Shown here one piece after another: positions 12,764 to 25,661 of a DNA stretch of 64,000 nt; position 1 is the first letter of the stretch; each line of letters starts with the position of its first letter. A program made the position numbers and the translations under genes. The notes under the pieces are model-generated. The model had not been told where the DNA came from, did no database searches, and was given only the letters and a program-made list of their open reading frames with translations. The DNA is from Trichosphaerium sp. ATCC 40318 (taxonomy: Eukaryota > Protista > Tubulinea), in assembly GCA_038496445.1 (NCBI GenBank), contig JALMLS010000421.1, positions 62,001 to 126,000 on the forward strand, in the 5' to 3' direction.

Positions 12764-12859
12764 GGAGCTGCTGGGAGAGAATGCTTTAGAAGCATGTTTT
12801 TTTTTGTATAAACTGATTTTTGATATCTTCAAGTTTTTGACTTCCTGCTAAGTTTTACT

Positions 12860-15184
12860 CACGTGATGTTCCATCTCAAGTGCTTGTTATCAAAGCTTTG
12901 GTAATTTTGAATAACATGAAAGGAGTTCAGAGTTGTAAGGTGTCAGACTTGTGCAAGAGTTAGATCTTTTTTTTTTGAATACAAAAACGATCTTTTCTCC
13001 TCCTTTCAAAGAAATGTTAATTGTTATAATCTATACGACTTATTATTACGTACGTATATTTCATACGTACTAGCTGTGCACCTGCTCTAACTTCAAAAGT
13101 TTCAAGCTTTGTAAGAGCTGTTTTAGCTCTAGAAAAAAACCAGAGTTATTTTTTAGTTTGGGACTTCTTTTTTGAGATGATTTATGACTTTGTGGAGTTG
13201 TGTCGGAAGAGTTGTGGTTGACACGTACTTTTTTATATACCTTTTAATAACTTTAACATTTCCCTCTATTATGATAGTCTCTAGTTTAGGACAACTCTGT
13301 ACAAACCAGCTTATTTCTTCTTTTCCAATAATTTGTCTGTATTTACTTTTTGATATTGTTATACGAAGTGAAGTTATATTAGGCCATGTTCGTTTTATAA
13401 ACCTTCCAAAATATATAGCCATATATGGTGTACTAAATACAAAAAAAGTAAGTAACGTGATAGTAATATAAGCCAGGAACAAACCAAAAAAAAAAATTGC
13501 ATAGTATTTTTCTCCTATCACTTGTAGTCTTGCTATGCAATTTGAGCTTTTAGTTATAATGACTTACTTGATCCATAAAGACTTTAAGTTTGGTGGATAA
13601 TGTGAAATAGTCCTTTCAGATATTTTACCTTCATCAAGTTCTACAAGAACGTCAGCAACAGCAAATGAATCAAATCAAAAAAAATTATCTCACTTAGTGA
13701 CGTTACATTCACCAAAGAAACCAAATTAACGTTACAGAGCCCAGTACGTATCAAGCTCAAATGCGTTAACCTTGTTAATGTATCAAATTTGGCGTAAGGG
13801 CGACCATCAACAGCTTCATAGGATACCAAGTTAGGCATATTCTTAAGAAAAAAATAAGAAACAATAAGATAAAGAATGAACATACTGATTCATCAGCTGT
13901 AGGTTTTTTACTTTTGGACATTGGAAATGCCTCTAATTGCCAACTGTAATTCATTATTAAGTGTGTATGTGGTAGATATTGGAGTTGTTCTACAAAATCA
14001 GGAAGTTTTGGTATGGCAATTAAATGGGTTGAAGATGTATCTTCCATGTAATTGTTTATCGGCAATATTGGATATAATGGCCTCCCTATATCTAGAACCT
14101 GTAATCTTGATAATTCTCGAAGAGTTCGTGCACTATTTGGATGGTAGCAAGAAGCATGTAACTCAGTAAGAGAAGGACACTGAAAAAAAACAATGAGTTG
14201 AAAGAATTGGACGTTTTTAGTTCCTTTTTTTACCTTGTTTACCATGGTAACCAGTGTTTCTCCATCAATACTTTTCAATGAAGAAAGAGTTAAACTACGT
14301 AACGTTTTTGGTGGTGTATATGTCTGGAGCATATTGTCTAAACACTCAAAGAGTTAAGGACAAAATATTATGGCTACAAAAAAAAACAATAAAGTGTACT
14401 CATTGTGGCTTTCTTCCCTTGTAGTGAAATGTGTAGATTTTTAAGGTGTATCATTTTGTTGAGTATGCTACTTTGACTAGAATGGAGATCATGTTAGATC
14501 AATAATAGACTTAGAAAATAAATGTAAAAGTCACTAAAGTTTTTTTCCTACACAACAAAACAGCGAAATATTAACGGAAACTAACATTGTTGCAGCTGAA
14601 ATCCTGAATGATAAAATGTTACATGGATTCCATAATCCTTTATCTAAAGGTCACTAAGATAATACTAATGAAGAAATTGAAAAACTTGGTATTACCAAAA
14701 GCATCAAACAGTTGACATTTAGTGTCATTAGTTGAATAAGTCAAATCAGTCACGTGTTCATGACGCGTAACCATTGACACCATCTCAGCTACCAAGCTCT
14801 CTGTTGGTTCTCTACATTGCCTGTTAGCCTTCACTTCCGTCTATTACACACCGGCAAGCGTTAAATAAGCTCAATGATATCAAACGAGGAAAGAACGCAT
14901 GTTTTAATGATCCTGACGGAATAGGTTTCTCTTTTGTTACACTGATACGTATTCTACGTACACGAGCGCAATATACATCGCTCCAGTAGCGTGAAATAAG
15001 CCGTACAGCATTTTTATCTACAATTACGGTTTAATATGCAAGAGACGCCAAAATTGCTTTAACTTGCGTCAACTATGATAAACAACGATTTATACGTACT
15101 TTTCATGCCAACCGCTTCAAAAATCTTCCACCATAATTCCACAGGTAGCTGAAGCTCTGACGATGTACTCGAAATTGTTGCCAT
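12860..15184 (-). CDS. Multi-exon F-box/LRR-like protein (3' end approximate)
   Basis: Starts MATISSTSSELQLPVELWWKIFEAV (F-box); exons carry LRR-like LRSLTLS, LTELH, LQVLDI, LTHLSL and CPKLETIII. Confidence 0.7.
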
Positions 15185-15470
15185 GCTGAAACAGCAGAGT
15201 TGAGACTAATTGGAACCAACCTCTTATTGCACTCACCTCAACCGTCAGACTACTTGACTATGCTTGACAAGTTAGAACAAAACGTTTATCCGAAGGAATT
15301 GACCCAATACTCGCTATTGGCCTGCGAATATATTTCCTCCCAATGTTGGCACGTGCCAAAACGACTTGTTTTATTTAGATATTGTGCTTATGAAGTCAGC
15401 ACCAAAAACCTCTTGGGAAGTTAGAAAATCTGAGAGACGTAAATCGGGAAACCCAAATATGTAGAACTTT

Positions 15471-15665
15471 GTCAAAAAAAAGTCGAAAATTCGGCACACT
15501 AATTATCCTATATTATGCCATAGGAACTATTTAGAAAGCCCCCCCCTTTCAGGGGGGGTTTGGGGGGGCATAGCCTAGCGGCGACTGAGCGCCATAACCC
15601 AGTTGTCTCCCTTTGTGGCGAACAGTTCAATATCACTTTGACATTTTTTCGACTTTTTTTTCGAC
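15471..15665. mobile_element. Candidate small non-autonomous element: inverted repeats flanking a GC-rich hairpin
   Basis: GTCAAAAAAAAGTCGAAAA (15471-15489) pairs with 15646-15665; the core is a C-run/TTTCA/G-run hairpin followed by a further G-run. Confidence 0.45.
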
Positions 15666-16242
15666 ATTTCAGTACACACCGTAAATCAGAAATAGATCCT
15701 TTGAAAGACCTTCAAACGTTTTTAAAAGCAACAAAAGACTTCAACGAAGACGAGAAAAAGCGAAATGAAGAGAAAGACGTATTGAGCCACGCCGTGATAG
15801 GCGTAATGAAGATAGAGATGTAAGGGACTACAAGAAGGACTGGATTTGGGAGGTACATTCTTAGCTCGTTGTAGCAATTGCCACAACCTTTGAACTACGT
15901 GTAAGTTAGGGTAACAATGCCGAGGTATCCTCACAGGCTGTAGAGATAACCGAACAGCGAACGCTTATCCTCACGTCTTGTTAGGAATACTGAAAATTTT
16001 TGAAATCGGATTTTACCCGACGTACTAGTATCGGCCTTGCATCTCTCAGAAGATACAAATTATTGCAGCAAACGTTTCGTGACGTTTGTGTTGTGAGTCA
16101 AACATCGTTACAGTGATATCATAACACGTGATAAAAAAAGAGCAAATACTACAAAAGTTGTGATTCGTTACTTATCCAAAAGAATCATAATCTACAACCA
16201 GCACAACAATAACACAACTTATCTACAACTCTAAAAGCAAAC

Positions 16243-16521
16243 ATGGGAAAAAACGAGACCACACTCAAGGCAGCGCTCGGCGGGAAAATATCTAGTAACT
16301 ACGAAATTCTGGTGGATGGCAACACATCACATACACCAACAACTAGCACAACTGGATACACTTGTTTGCTTGTGTACACAACAAACAGCACAAAAGCAAT
16401 AGTCGCAAAGGGCGGCACTTTCGATGATAGCAGTCAACGATCTGAGCACGAAAAGCTGTTCAGGCATGCACAAACGCAAGGTTGCCAGCGTCACATAACA
16501 CGAATCCAGCGTCATGTCTAG
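16243..16521 (+). CDS. Small intronless hypothetical protein (92 aa)
   Basis: ATG preceded by an A/C-rich leader (AAAGCAAAC-ATG); GC content above the flanks. Confidence 0.5.
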   Translation: MGKNETTLKAALGGKISSNYEILVDGNTSHTPTTSTTGYTCLLVYTTNSTKAIVAKGGTFDDSSQRSEHEKLFRHAQTQGCQRHITRIQRHV

Positions 16522-17489
16522 TGGATGGAGTATTGGTCCAAAATGAACAGGTGATTCAAGTACTTTAAACACATTTATTGCGGGCTAAAAACGTTAGTTG
16601 TATGAAAGAATCGAAAAAGCAGTTCCCATTCATTACACAAGTTTGACATTTAAATAGTGTAGCAACATTTACATGTAAAGTAGTTTTAACTTTAGCTTGT
16701 GTCAAAAATTCCAATATTTGCTAATTACCTTAAGTGATTTTGATTTAACCTCATAGCTTTGTCATCCCAATTTTCATAGCGAAGTCAATATGTGTTGATT
16801 CACTAATTTATAGCATGTTGTGCGTAAAAGGTTTTTTATAACCGTTGATGGACTTACACCACTGATTGAAACAGCTACTGTGTAAGGTTATCGTTTACAT
16901 AATGAGAAACCAACACCTAGCAAAGTATATAGAGATGGCCGTTAACAGCTTTGGCCGTTTAAGGTTCTATAATCTGCTAAAAAATAAGGTGACGTATAGC
17001 TTCAGCTCAAAGATTGTGGAATACATAAACTGTGGCACACCGTCCTTTCTTGATAAAAAACCAACATGGGAAATCAAAGCTATCTCTGGTTTTTCTTCCA
17101 ACTGGTACTTGCTGGCGCTTGTGTTCATCATGGAGAACTTCACCCTGTATTGATGTTTGTAATACCAAAGTTATAACCTAGGCTTTGAGTTAACAAACAA
17201 GCAGACAAATTTTTTTTATTTTAAATCTTGTTAGTTGGCTACATACTCACCATAACCCCATATTTTTCTGTACAAATAACAGTAAGAGTAAGGAGTCTAT
17301 CTTTTTCAACAGCTTCTTTGGGTTTAACCAGCTGAGCACATGATTTCACATGTGTGAGCATAACTTTGGATAAATTTGTGAAGTTGTAATCCAAAAAAAA
17401 AGAAGACATCTCAAGTTACAGGACATCAAGACAACCACATTCTTAAATTCAGCTACATTATAGTACAAAACCATCTCTAGTTTCCGTTT

Positions 17490-18420
17490 GGAGAACGTGT
17501 ACAGTAAATATTCTATCAAACAAATTAGGACAAAAACGAATGTCATTCTTGGATGGCAATAATTGCAGAGAACCTCATTTTTTACCAATAGTTTCTGATG
17601 CTTGCCATTTTTACTTAATTGTCGAGTTTTTAACTCCCAAAGGTAACAAAAAAAAATAAGAGATAACACTTAGCTATATCCCACTTATAAAAATCTTGAA
17701 TCATTGAACGCTCCATACTTGTGTATTCATTGATCGGTTGCCATAAACATAAATGTATGCAGTGCGTTGTAATACTAAACTCTAAAAGTACCAGTTTTGG
17801 CTTTGGGTACAAAATTCCAGCCATAGTGAATGGATGTAATAAAATTGGATAACAGATTTTTATTAATCAATTATTCATTAGCACCCAGCACGTAAATAAA
17901 GTTGTGCTTGTTTACAATGCATAAACAACTCTATAGTTGTTGTTTTTATGAAACCTTGATAACAACCGTTTGTGTATACAATTTAAATTGCTGTCTATTG
18001 ATAGGGTATTTGATGGAGGAAAGGATAAGTGCGTGAAGCTTTAAGGTGCACGGGAATACTAGCAACATTAAAAATTTTGTGGTGTACTTAAAACGGTCAC
18101 CCCGAGCAATTGTATTTAGATACATCCGCCAATGCTGTTGGAAGTTTGTCTATAACATCATGAAAAGTACATATGTTTGCACAAGACATAACAAAAGTAT
18201 ACAAAGTTCAACACCTTGAAGACAAGTAATAGAACTCCAAAAAACCAATGTTCTGAGATTCAATAATTCCATTGAATTCACTGATATTCGCTTGAAGAGA
18301 GGTGATGATGTTCTCAAGACATACTGAAGCATACTCTAACTTCGACATAAAATTGTCAAGCGATCTAGTCTTTTTGCACTGTAAAGTAAATTTGCTCACT
18401 TTTCAAATTTTACAAATAGT
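17490..18420 (-). pseudogene. Decayed duplicated fragments shared with 32290-32530 and 34065-34330
   Basis: KTRQL.KNGKHQKLLVKNE.LCNYCHPRMT occurs at ~17540(-) and ~34065(+); QCKKTR...LEY occurs at ~18380(-) and ~32320(+). Confidence 0.55.
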
Positions 18421-18429
18421 GTCGCAGAA

Positions 18430-20290
18430 CACGTGCCCGCTCTGGAATGTCCAATGTATTTTATTTTTGCATGTGGTAGCTATTCACGTTGTTTATCACG
18501 TACTACAAGCATTTTCAGGCTGTTTTTAAGCAGTCTGTAAGCGTAAGAAATTATTTAACAGCTATTGCATTTTTAGCACTTTTGATGGTGTTGATATTGT
18601 TTTTTCTTCATTGGACTTGTGGCTTGTTTTAGAACTCAAGCATTTCTGAATGACATTTAACGACGCTATTGTATTTGTAATGGAACCTAAACACTATGTA
18701 TGTACGTTTTTCCATTGTTAAACAACATTTAGTTACATGTTGTTTCCCTTATTTTTTTTTGTTACTGTATGGGTTCTTTAAGGAACAGCAAGTTTTTAAA
18801 GGTTCTTTCAGGAACGGTAAGTTTGGTAGGACGTTAAAAGCTGTATATTAAGAACAAGTTAGGATTTAAGCCAAGTGTAATGTGACTACATCTAGAGCGT
18901 TACAACTGTACTGAATGAAACGTTAAAGGGCACACGAAAGATGAGAATACATGTAAGAGAGACGTGGCCTTAGTTGTAGGATAATAGCGTCCTTATTAAA
19001 GGTCATTACATAATTCAGAGAATACATTTAATGTTCATTATCGAGATATCATGGGTAAATGTAATCAGAGAATAGTAACGTATGCTGTTGCACGTTACAC
19101 TGAAACATAAGAAAGTAGTATTCTATTTATTGTAATTTTCTGAATCTAGAAAATATGTGTATTTTCCCACAATTTTACGATTAAGTTGGTTGGCGTTTAG
19201 CGAATAGTTGCCAAATTGCTCGCTTTATAATGTACTGAGTCCGTACCATGTACGTAGAACTTGTAAACCGACGAAAAAAGAATTTCGGGCAAACCCGAAG
19301 AAGAACCGAAGTGTGAAAAATACCCGTCATGTTTTGGTCAAGATGTGCTTTCAATTTACTCAAAAGAACTCTAGGTCACATCGCAACTAACTAATAATGT
19401 CTATTTACGCCGATATTGCAAGGCACCATGGTTGGGATGGCGGTGGAGGCATGAGAACAACTACTACACGCTACACTCCTACTTCTACGCGCTCACCTAC
19501 AAACAGTACGTAAATATATTTTTATTTATGTTACCTTTTTCTGGTTTTATTTCTGTTTTTCACTAAACGTGTTTTTTTCGTTTTTCTAAGTCTTCTAATC
19601 TTTAGGTTTGTATGTTGGTGTTGAATTACGTAGTGGTAAAGAGTTAGCAGCAAAAGACGCTGGTGGTACATCTGATCCTTACCTCAAAGTAATGGTTATT
19701 TCCGAAACCAATAGGCACAAAAAAATAAACAAGAAGTTTCCTGGCCAACCATATACTACAAAAGTCATAAAAAAGACACTTAATCCAACTTGGAACGAGT
19801 TTACTCATATTTACCAAGTGTATGCAGGTACACAGGGCTATTTAAAAATAGAATGCTGGTATGTAATGCAAACACCTTTTGAGGTTTTTTTTGAAGCAAG
19901 TATCACGTGATATTTTTTTGATTTTTTTTTCGATAGGGATAAAGATCTTATTGGTTCTGATGACTTTATGGGGGAATGTGTTATTGATCTTAAAAAACTA
20001 CAAGATGAAACACCTAATATACCAGCTGTTAAGCATATAGCATTGGTTGTTACACTTAAAGAGAGACTTGTACCAATGACACTTACTTTGGAACCACGAA
20101 AAGGTAAAAAAGATAAAGTAAGTGGTACTATAGACATAGGTATATCACTTGTTTTCGTTTCAATATGAAGGAAAAGCCACCACTACAGAGCTTGTATAAG
20201 TAGAATAAAATGGTATTGCTCATATGTGTTTCATATTGTCAAGCAACAAACTTTATACTTTGTTCTTTTGTACGGATTGCAATTCCGAAC
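18430..20290 (+). repeat. Segmental duplication copy A (C2 gene plus flanks)
   Basis: High identity to the reverse complements of 27080-28880 and 32700-34060. Confidence 0.85.
19397..20168 (+). CDS. Single C2-domain protein, copy A
   Basis: ELAAKDAGGTSDPY, KKTLNPTWNE and CW|DKDLIGSDDFMG (Ca2+-binding Asp residues present); 3 exons. Confidence 0.9.
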
Positions 20291-20784
20291 AGATAAAACG
20301 TAGCAAGGAAAAAACGATCCAGCACATTTGCAATTTCAGACCAGATGAGAATATCATATGTTTAACTGAGGCGTTTACTTACAATCACTAATAGCACTGG
20401 AGAAAGGCGTCGAGTGCTTTAAATTGTGCACTTGATCGCGCCATTTCTTGTTATCTCTGATACTGGATACAACGTATCTCCCACTACAGATAGACCCAGC
20501 TTTTTCAAAGACTTATAAATGACATGTACAGTCCCAACAAGATTTACGCAATTAACAAGAACAGTGGTTGGCAAGCATCTATATCACAAACTACATCGTT
20601 TGATTAATAGTTTAAGTTTACTGACATTTCTGTTACAATGGGCAAAGGAAATACATTTTTTGAACAAGCTGATAAAAGGCAGCCGAAGCAATTGGAGGAG
20701 AACTTGCACTTTTCTAAAGATGGAAAATTGGCCAAGGTTTTGCTAGACAGAGCCCTGTTTTAGGAGAAAACCTTAGATCTCACT

Positions 20785-22642
20785 TTACTTGGACCAACAG
20801 TTTGATGGAAGGATTTCTACAATCTCATTTTTATACAAAGAAACTGCAAAATGATAAGCATCACCATCGATTATTTTGAGCTCCGACTTTTCATATTTTA
20901 TCGTGAATTGAACCGTCTTATTGTTCATATCTAGTGTGACGCCAACACGATCCCCTGTAACACAGAAAATTAAGATATTTATTACAATAGCTGTGGCACC
21001 TTTTTCAGCACGTGAAATCAATTTTGCCGAACGCATTGAGTCCGTTTCAAGGCAACCATGTGAACAGCAGTATCCTATTCCTTTTTTGTTTTCATGATAC
21101 CCAATGGGGTCAGTGGGCGAACAAGGTACAGGGCAAATGCCAATTGATAAACTTCCGCGACATACAATCCTACAATGATCAGAATAGTGCGTGTTTATGC
21201 ATGTTTCATACTTGCACTCTAAATGGTGAATACCTGTAGTTAACAACTTACTTGCAATCACAGTATTCCATCCTTATTTATGATTAGATTATGAGTTAAT
21301 AATTAAACGTGCTGTGGGGACCATCTTGTCGAATTGTACAGCACCCATTAAACACTTCAGAATGAGGTGTTTCTTCAAAACCCCAAAATGGTACACGTGA
21401 TTCTAAGATTTTGAGTCTGTTGACAATATCGCAGACCTTTAGTGAAAAAAGCCAAGTTAGGTTGATTTAAAAAGAATCTGTTTCTTACTTGAGATTCTCT
21501 TTCTGTTGTGTTTAGTACTAATTCTGTAAGTTTCTCATGATGATCTGCCTAGTTTTGTTCAACAATATTAATATTGTGACAATATGAAAAGAGCTATTGC
21601 AGTCGCACTTGAAGTACATGCATCAGGAACAGCTGTGTCACCTATCAGAATTAGTCAAACTCCGCAGCTGATATGAAATACTTGAGATTCATGTGTTTCA
21701 CACTTTGCAGCCAGCTGTGATTCTAATTCTTTGACCTTTCCAAGGAGATTGCTCACCTACAATTACAGTAAATAAGTCAATGCCTCAACACGAAGTACTT
21801 TATTTTCATGTTTTTTGTGTATGGTGTGTAATTGAGATTCTAGTTCCTTGACTCTCCCACAAAGATTGCTCACCTTAATCAATTAACCACAGTAATAATG
21901 ATAAATGAATCTAATGTACTTGAGAGTCATGTTGCTTTACTACCTGAGACATCTGTGTCACCTATATCAGAATTAGTCAAACTTAGCAGTTGATATGAAA
22001 TACTTGAGATTCATGTGTTTCACGCTTTGCCGCCAGCTGTGCTTCTAATTCCTTGACCTTCCCAAACAAATCTGTTACCTATAATCGTGTGACTTTTGAA
22101 ATACATGAAACTTTGTCTCGTCTCGTACAACATTTTGTAGGGTTTGTAGCTGTTGCTCTCCACAAGTTGTTACTTTTTCCAACACAAATTTGAAATTTCT
22201 ACTACCAAAATGATCTGTTTCAGATACAGCTACAATCAACACATCATTGTATTTTTCTTGTAAAGATAGGGTACATCCATGCTCCTTATAACATACCACG
22301 TTAACTTGGAAACGTGTTGAGCAACAATCAAAAAGGTTAAAAAATCTGTTTAAAGCACCTTATTGCTAAAGCTCAGTGTGACAGATATGAATGGTGTGCT
22401 GCGGCAGAGGCATATGAACGTACGTTTCTAGAAGCGAAAACAAATAAAGACATGAGACGGGCTTTATCCTCAATTCTACCTTTCGTAATCTTTGCTATCA
22501 TCTCGTTTTGGGTAATGTTAAGTGTAAACGAAGAAAATAACGACTTGGCGTTAATTCTAACAACATCATCATTGGCGTCGTGTTCAATCGTAACAATAAA
22601 GCCTCCTTCTTTGATGATCACTTTTTCCGCAGGAACTGCCAT
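20785..22642 (-). CDS. Head domain + coiled coil + SPRY/B30.2-like protein
   Basis: C-terminal GDRVGVTLDMNNKTVQF..YHFAVSLY is SPRY-like; the middle consists of duplicated coiled-coil exons. Confidence 0.7.
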
Positions 22643-22932
22643 CTTTGATGCGAAATTTGTTAGCCAGGAACTTGCGTGTCACGTGCTGTCGGAGAAAAGT
22701 CAAGCGCAGTCATAACAGTTCGTTTACATTGTCGTGGTTGTGTAACTTTCTTTTGGAACAGTTCAGAGAATGTTTGTTGAGCACTGGATCTCTTGTTCTA
22801 TACAATGAGAAATATCAAGCGGGTTGATTTGAGCTCATTGAAAATATTTAAACAAGCGTTAGTCACTGAAACGCAAAGCCCTGATTCCCACAGTCAAATG
22901 ACTGTTTTCAGATAAACAATATCACAGGCAAG

Positions 22933-23060
22933 AAAAAAAAGATCCATGCAAGCAAGCTTGCGAAATTTCACATGTAATTGTAGTAAATGACTAATGGATC
23001 TGGAAGAAAAGCGAGACACTGTACCTTTTATACAGGATTGTTGAAGGAATCAAAAAAAAA
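22933..23060. repeat. ~125-bp repeat, inverted relative to 26950-27075 and 32555-32690
   Basis: GATCCATGCAAGCAAGCTTGCGAAATTTC...GAAGGAATCAAAAA is almost identical to the reverse complement of 26950-27075. Confidence 0.85.
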
Positions 23061-23542
23061 GTGGTTAAAAACAAAGTCGAATTTCACAAACTAAGAAAAA
23101 ATGGATAAGTTATTGTTTTGTGCTTGACACCTCAGTACTAATACTATCTATTCCTGCTGATGATCTCAGTAGTTAAGTGATTAACTACTACAGTATTTGT
23201 AAAGATCGCTTGAACCAAGATGATACACCATGTGAAAAAAAAGAGAAAACGTGGTGAAAGAACTGACTTATCCTAACTGAACATGTATACACATAGAGTA
23301 GAGAATTCAATTTTTTATGCCGTAGTATCTCCAGTTTGACTTGAGTGGTTTTGTTACTAACAACACGAATAAACACAACTTTTCTAATTGTTTTCTTTGT
23401 TTCATTGAATTATTAGTGTTTCTTTCCCGCTTAGAGTAGAAACGCCTAACACAAACAACAAGTGTTGTACAGCGATATAACGTTACCGAAAAAACGCAAT
23501 TAACGCAATTATAATACTGTAGACGCCTACTGACGACTAAAC

Positions 23543-25017
23543 ATGGCACGCGCGCTTAAAAATAGTAACCTACCCACAGAAACGTACGTTTGATACTTCG
23601 TATTACTCTCCGCAATTACAAAGCAATTTACTTAACTAAGTTTCCTATTTAATCAAACGACGCCATAAACACTCGCAATAACGTCGTAAACGCTCTTCTA
23701 ATCTTTTTTAGCGTAACTAAGGCTCAAATAGCTCCAACACTCACAGACCTTCCTCTCGAGATAGCTAGCCACGTACTAAGTTATCTAAACAAAAGCAGAT
23801 ACGCATCAGCGCAGACATGCCGATTTTTATCTCGAGCTGTCCATCAGAACGTAGGCTACGTAACAGCGTATCTGATGTCTGTAGATGACTGCTGTATAGC
23901 AGCGCAGCACCAAGGATTACGTTTCAATACAATGTTCAAGTGTAACATCGAGTCAATGACAGACAAAGACATCAAGGAGCTATCCGGAGTGAAACACGTG
24001 AGCTTAGTAAACCAAGAAAAAATAACAGATATTGGTATTTCTCAACTTTCCGGAGTTCATACTTTGAATCTATACCTCTCTCCTGGTATAACAGATAAGT
24101 CCCTTGAAGCTTTATCTGGTGTCCATACAATAGATCTTAGTTGGTGTAAGAATATCACTGATGAAGGACTTAAACATCTTGCAGGAGTTCACTCTATAAA
24201 ACTTAACAACTGCTCTAAAATAACAGATAAAGGCATCTCTGAATTGGCTGGTGTACATACCATGGAAATCGTTCAATGTCAGTTAATAACAGATAAAGGT
24301 ATAAAAGCTATAGCAGGCGTTAAGTCTCTCAATTGTCAAGGGTGTAGACTAGTGACAGATGAAGGGATAAGAGCTTTATCTGGTATAAAATCAATTGGTC
24401 TATTTCTTGTTTCAGTGACAGATAGAGGACTTGAGGCTTTAAGTGGTATTCATACTATAGACTTAAGCAATTGTAGAGATGTTACTGATAAAGGTATTTC
24501 TTATCTTTCAGGCGTTCATACTATATCTCTGTCTGGATGTAACATATCAGATGAAGGGTTAAGGCATCTTTCTGGTGTTAAGAAGATTGACTTGAGTTTT
24601 TGTTCTGATATCACTGATAAAGGACTTCGTTCTTTAGTTGGTGTACAGGATATAACAGTAGCAAGTTGTAATAAGATTACAGATAAGGGATTAGGTTATC
24701 TTAGAGGTGTACAAGTTGTTGTTATTGAGAATTGTAAGAGAGTTTCTGGGATATGTTTCTTTGATCTTGTTGGTATAAAGAAACTTTGGATGCGTGGTCT
24801 TTTGGTTACAGATAGCTCTCTTAGTATTCTTGGATCGTCTCTACGTCTTCTATCTCTGACAGACTGTCATTTTGTTAGCAATGAGGCGATTATGGGACTA
24901 AAACGATTAAGGCATCTTCATGTCCATGATTGTGCGAATATAACTCAAAAAGGACTTGAAGAGTACAAGAAGATTAATCGCAGGGTTAAACTTAATTTAA
25001 ATAGAGGTAATTGGTGA
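23543..25017 (+). CDS. F-box/LRR protein
   Basis: ATG at 23543 with short 5' introns, LTDLPLEIASHVLSYL..SAQTCRF F-box, and a single long exon with ~14 LSGVHTIDLSxCxxITDKG repeats. Confidence 0.85.
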
Positions 25018-25171
25018 ATAAAGAGTACCAAGGATTAAATATCTAGTTGCTTCAACGATAACTTTACACTCAAATTAAGCCAGTTGCCCACATCGCTTTT
25101 GAGCTCCAAATCCTAAGGTAGCAGTGCTCGATATCACGTGGAGAGAAACTTGTGTTTATTTTCGATGGGAT

Positions 25172-25401
25172 AGTTTTTTCGGAATTCCGAAAACAAAAAT
25201 TCGAAAGTGTAGAAAGATGCATAGCTAGGGCAGTCCACTAAACTAGAAAGCGCCTGGTTCACTTATGGTCGGGTCCTCGCTGTGCTCGGAACTAGAACCC
25301 GACCTTCATTCACATATAGTGATCCATTGGTGGGTATAGGCATTCGGTTTTTGTATCGAATTCTATTTTTTCGAATTTTTTCTTTCGAAAAATTCGGAAA
25401 A
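25172..25401. mobile_element. Candidate small element / Helitron-like terminus with hairpin
   Basis: Imperfect TTCG-rich inverted repeats at both ends and an internal GGTCGGGT...ACCCGACC stem. On the minus strand the stem is followed by CTAG|T. Confidence 0.45.
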
Positions 25402-25661
25402 TACGTGGGTCCGTTTTCGATTGCTACGCGAAGGTAACACTACTGTTATGTACAGAAACATAGCAAGCGCTTGAACAGCAATAATTGAGGGTCAATAATA
25501 AGGCGGTTTCACCGCTGTTTAAGCTCGATTACAAGAAACAGAAATACTCGGAAACGGTACAAACAGCATGTTTATTGCGTTTTAGCATATGTTTGACTTT
25601 TTACTCTTAATTGACACGTGGATTCTAAACTTAAAACTCGTACCCACCGGTGGCACAAATC

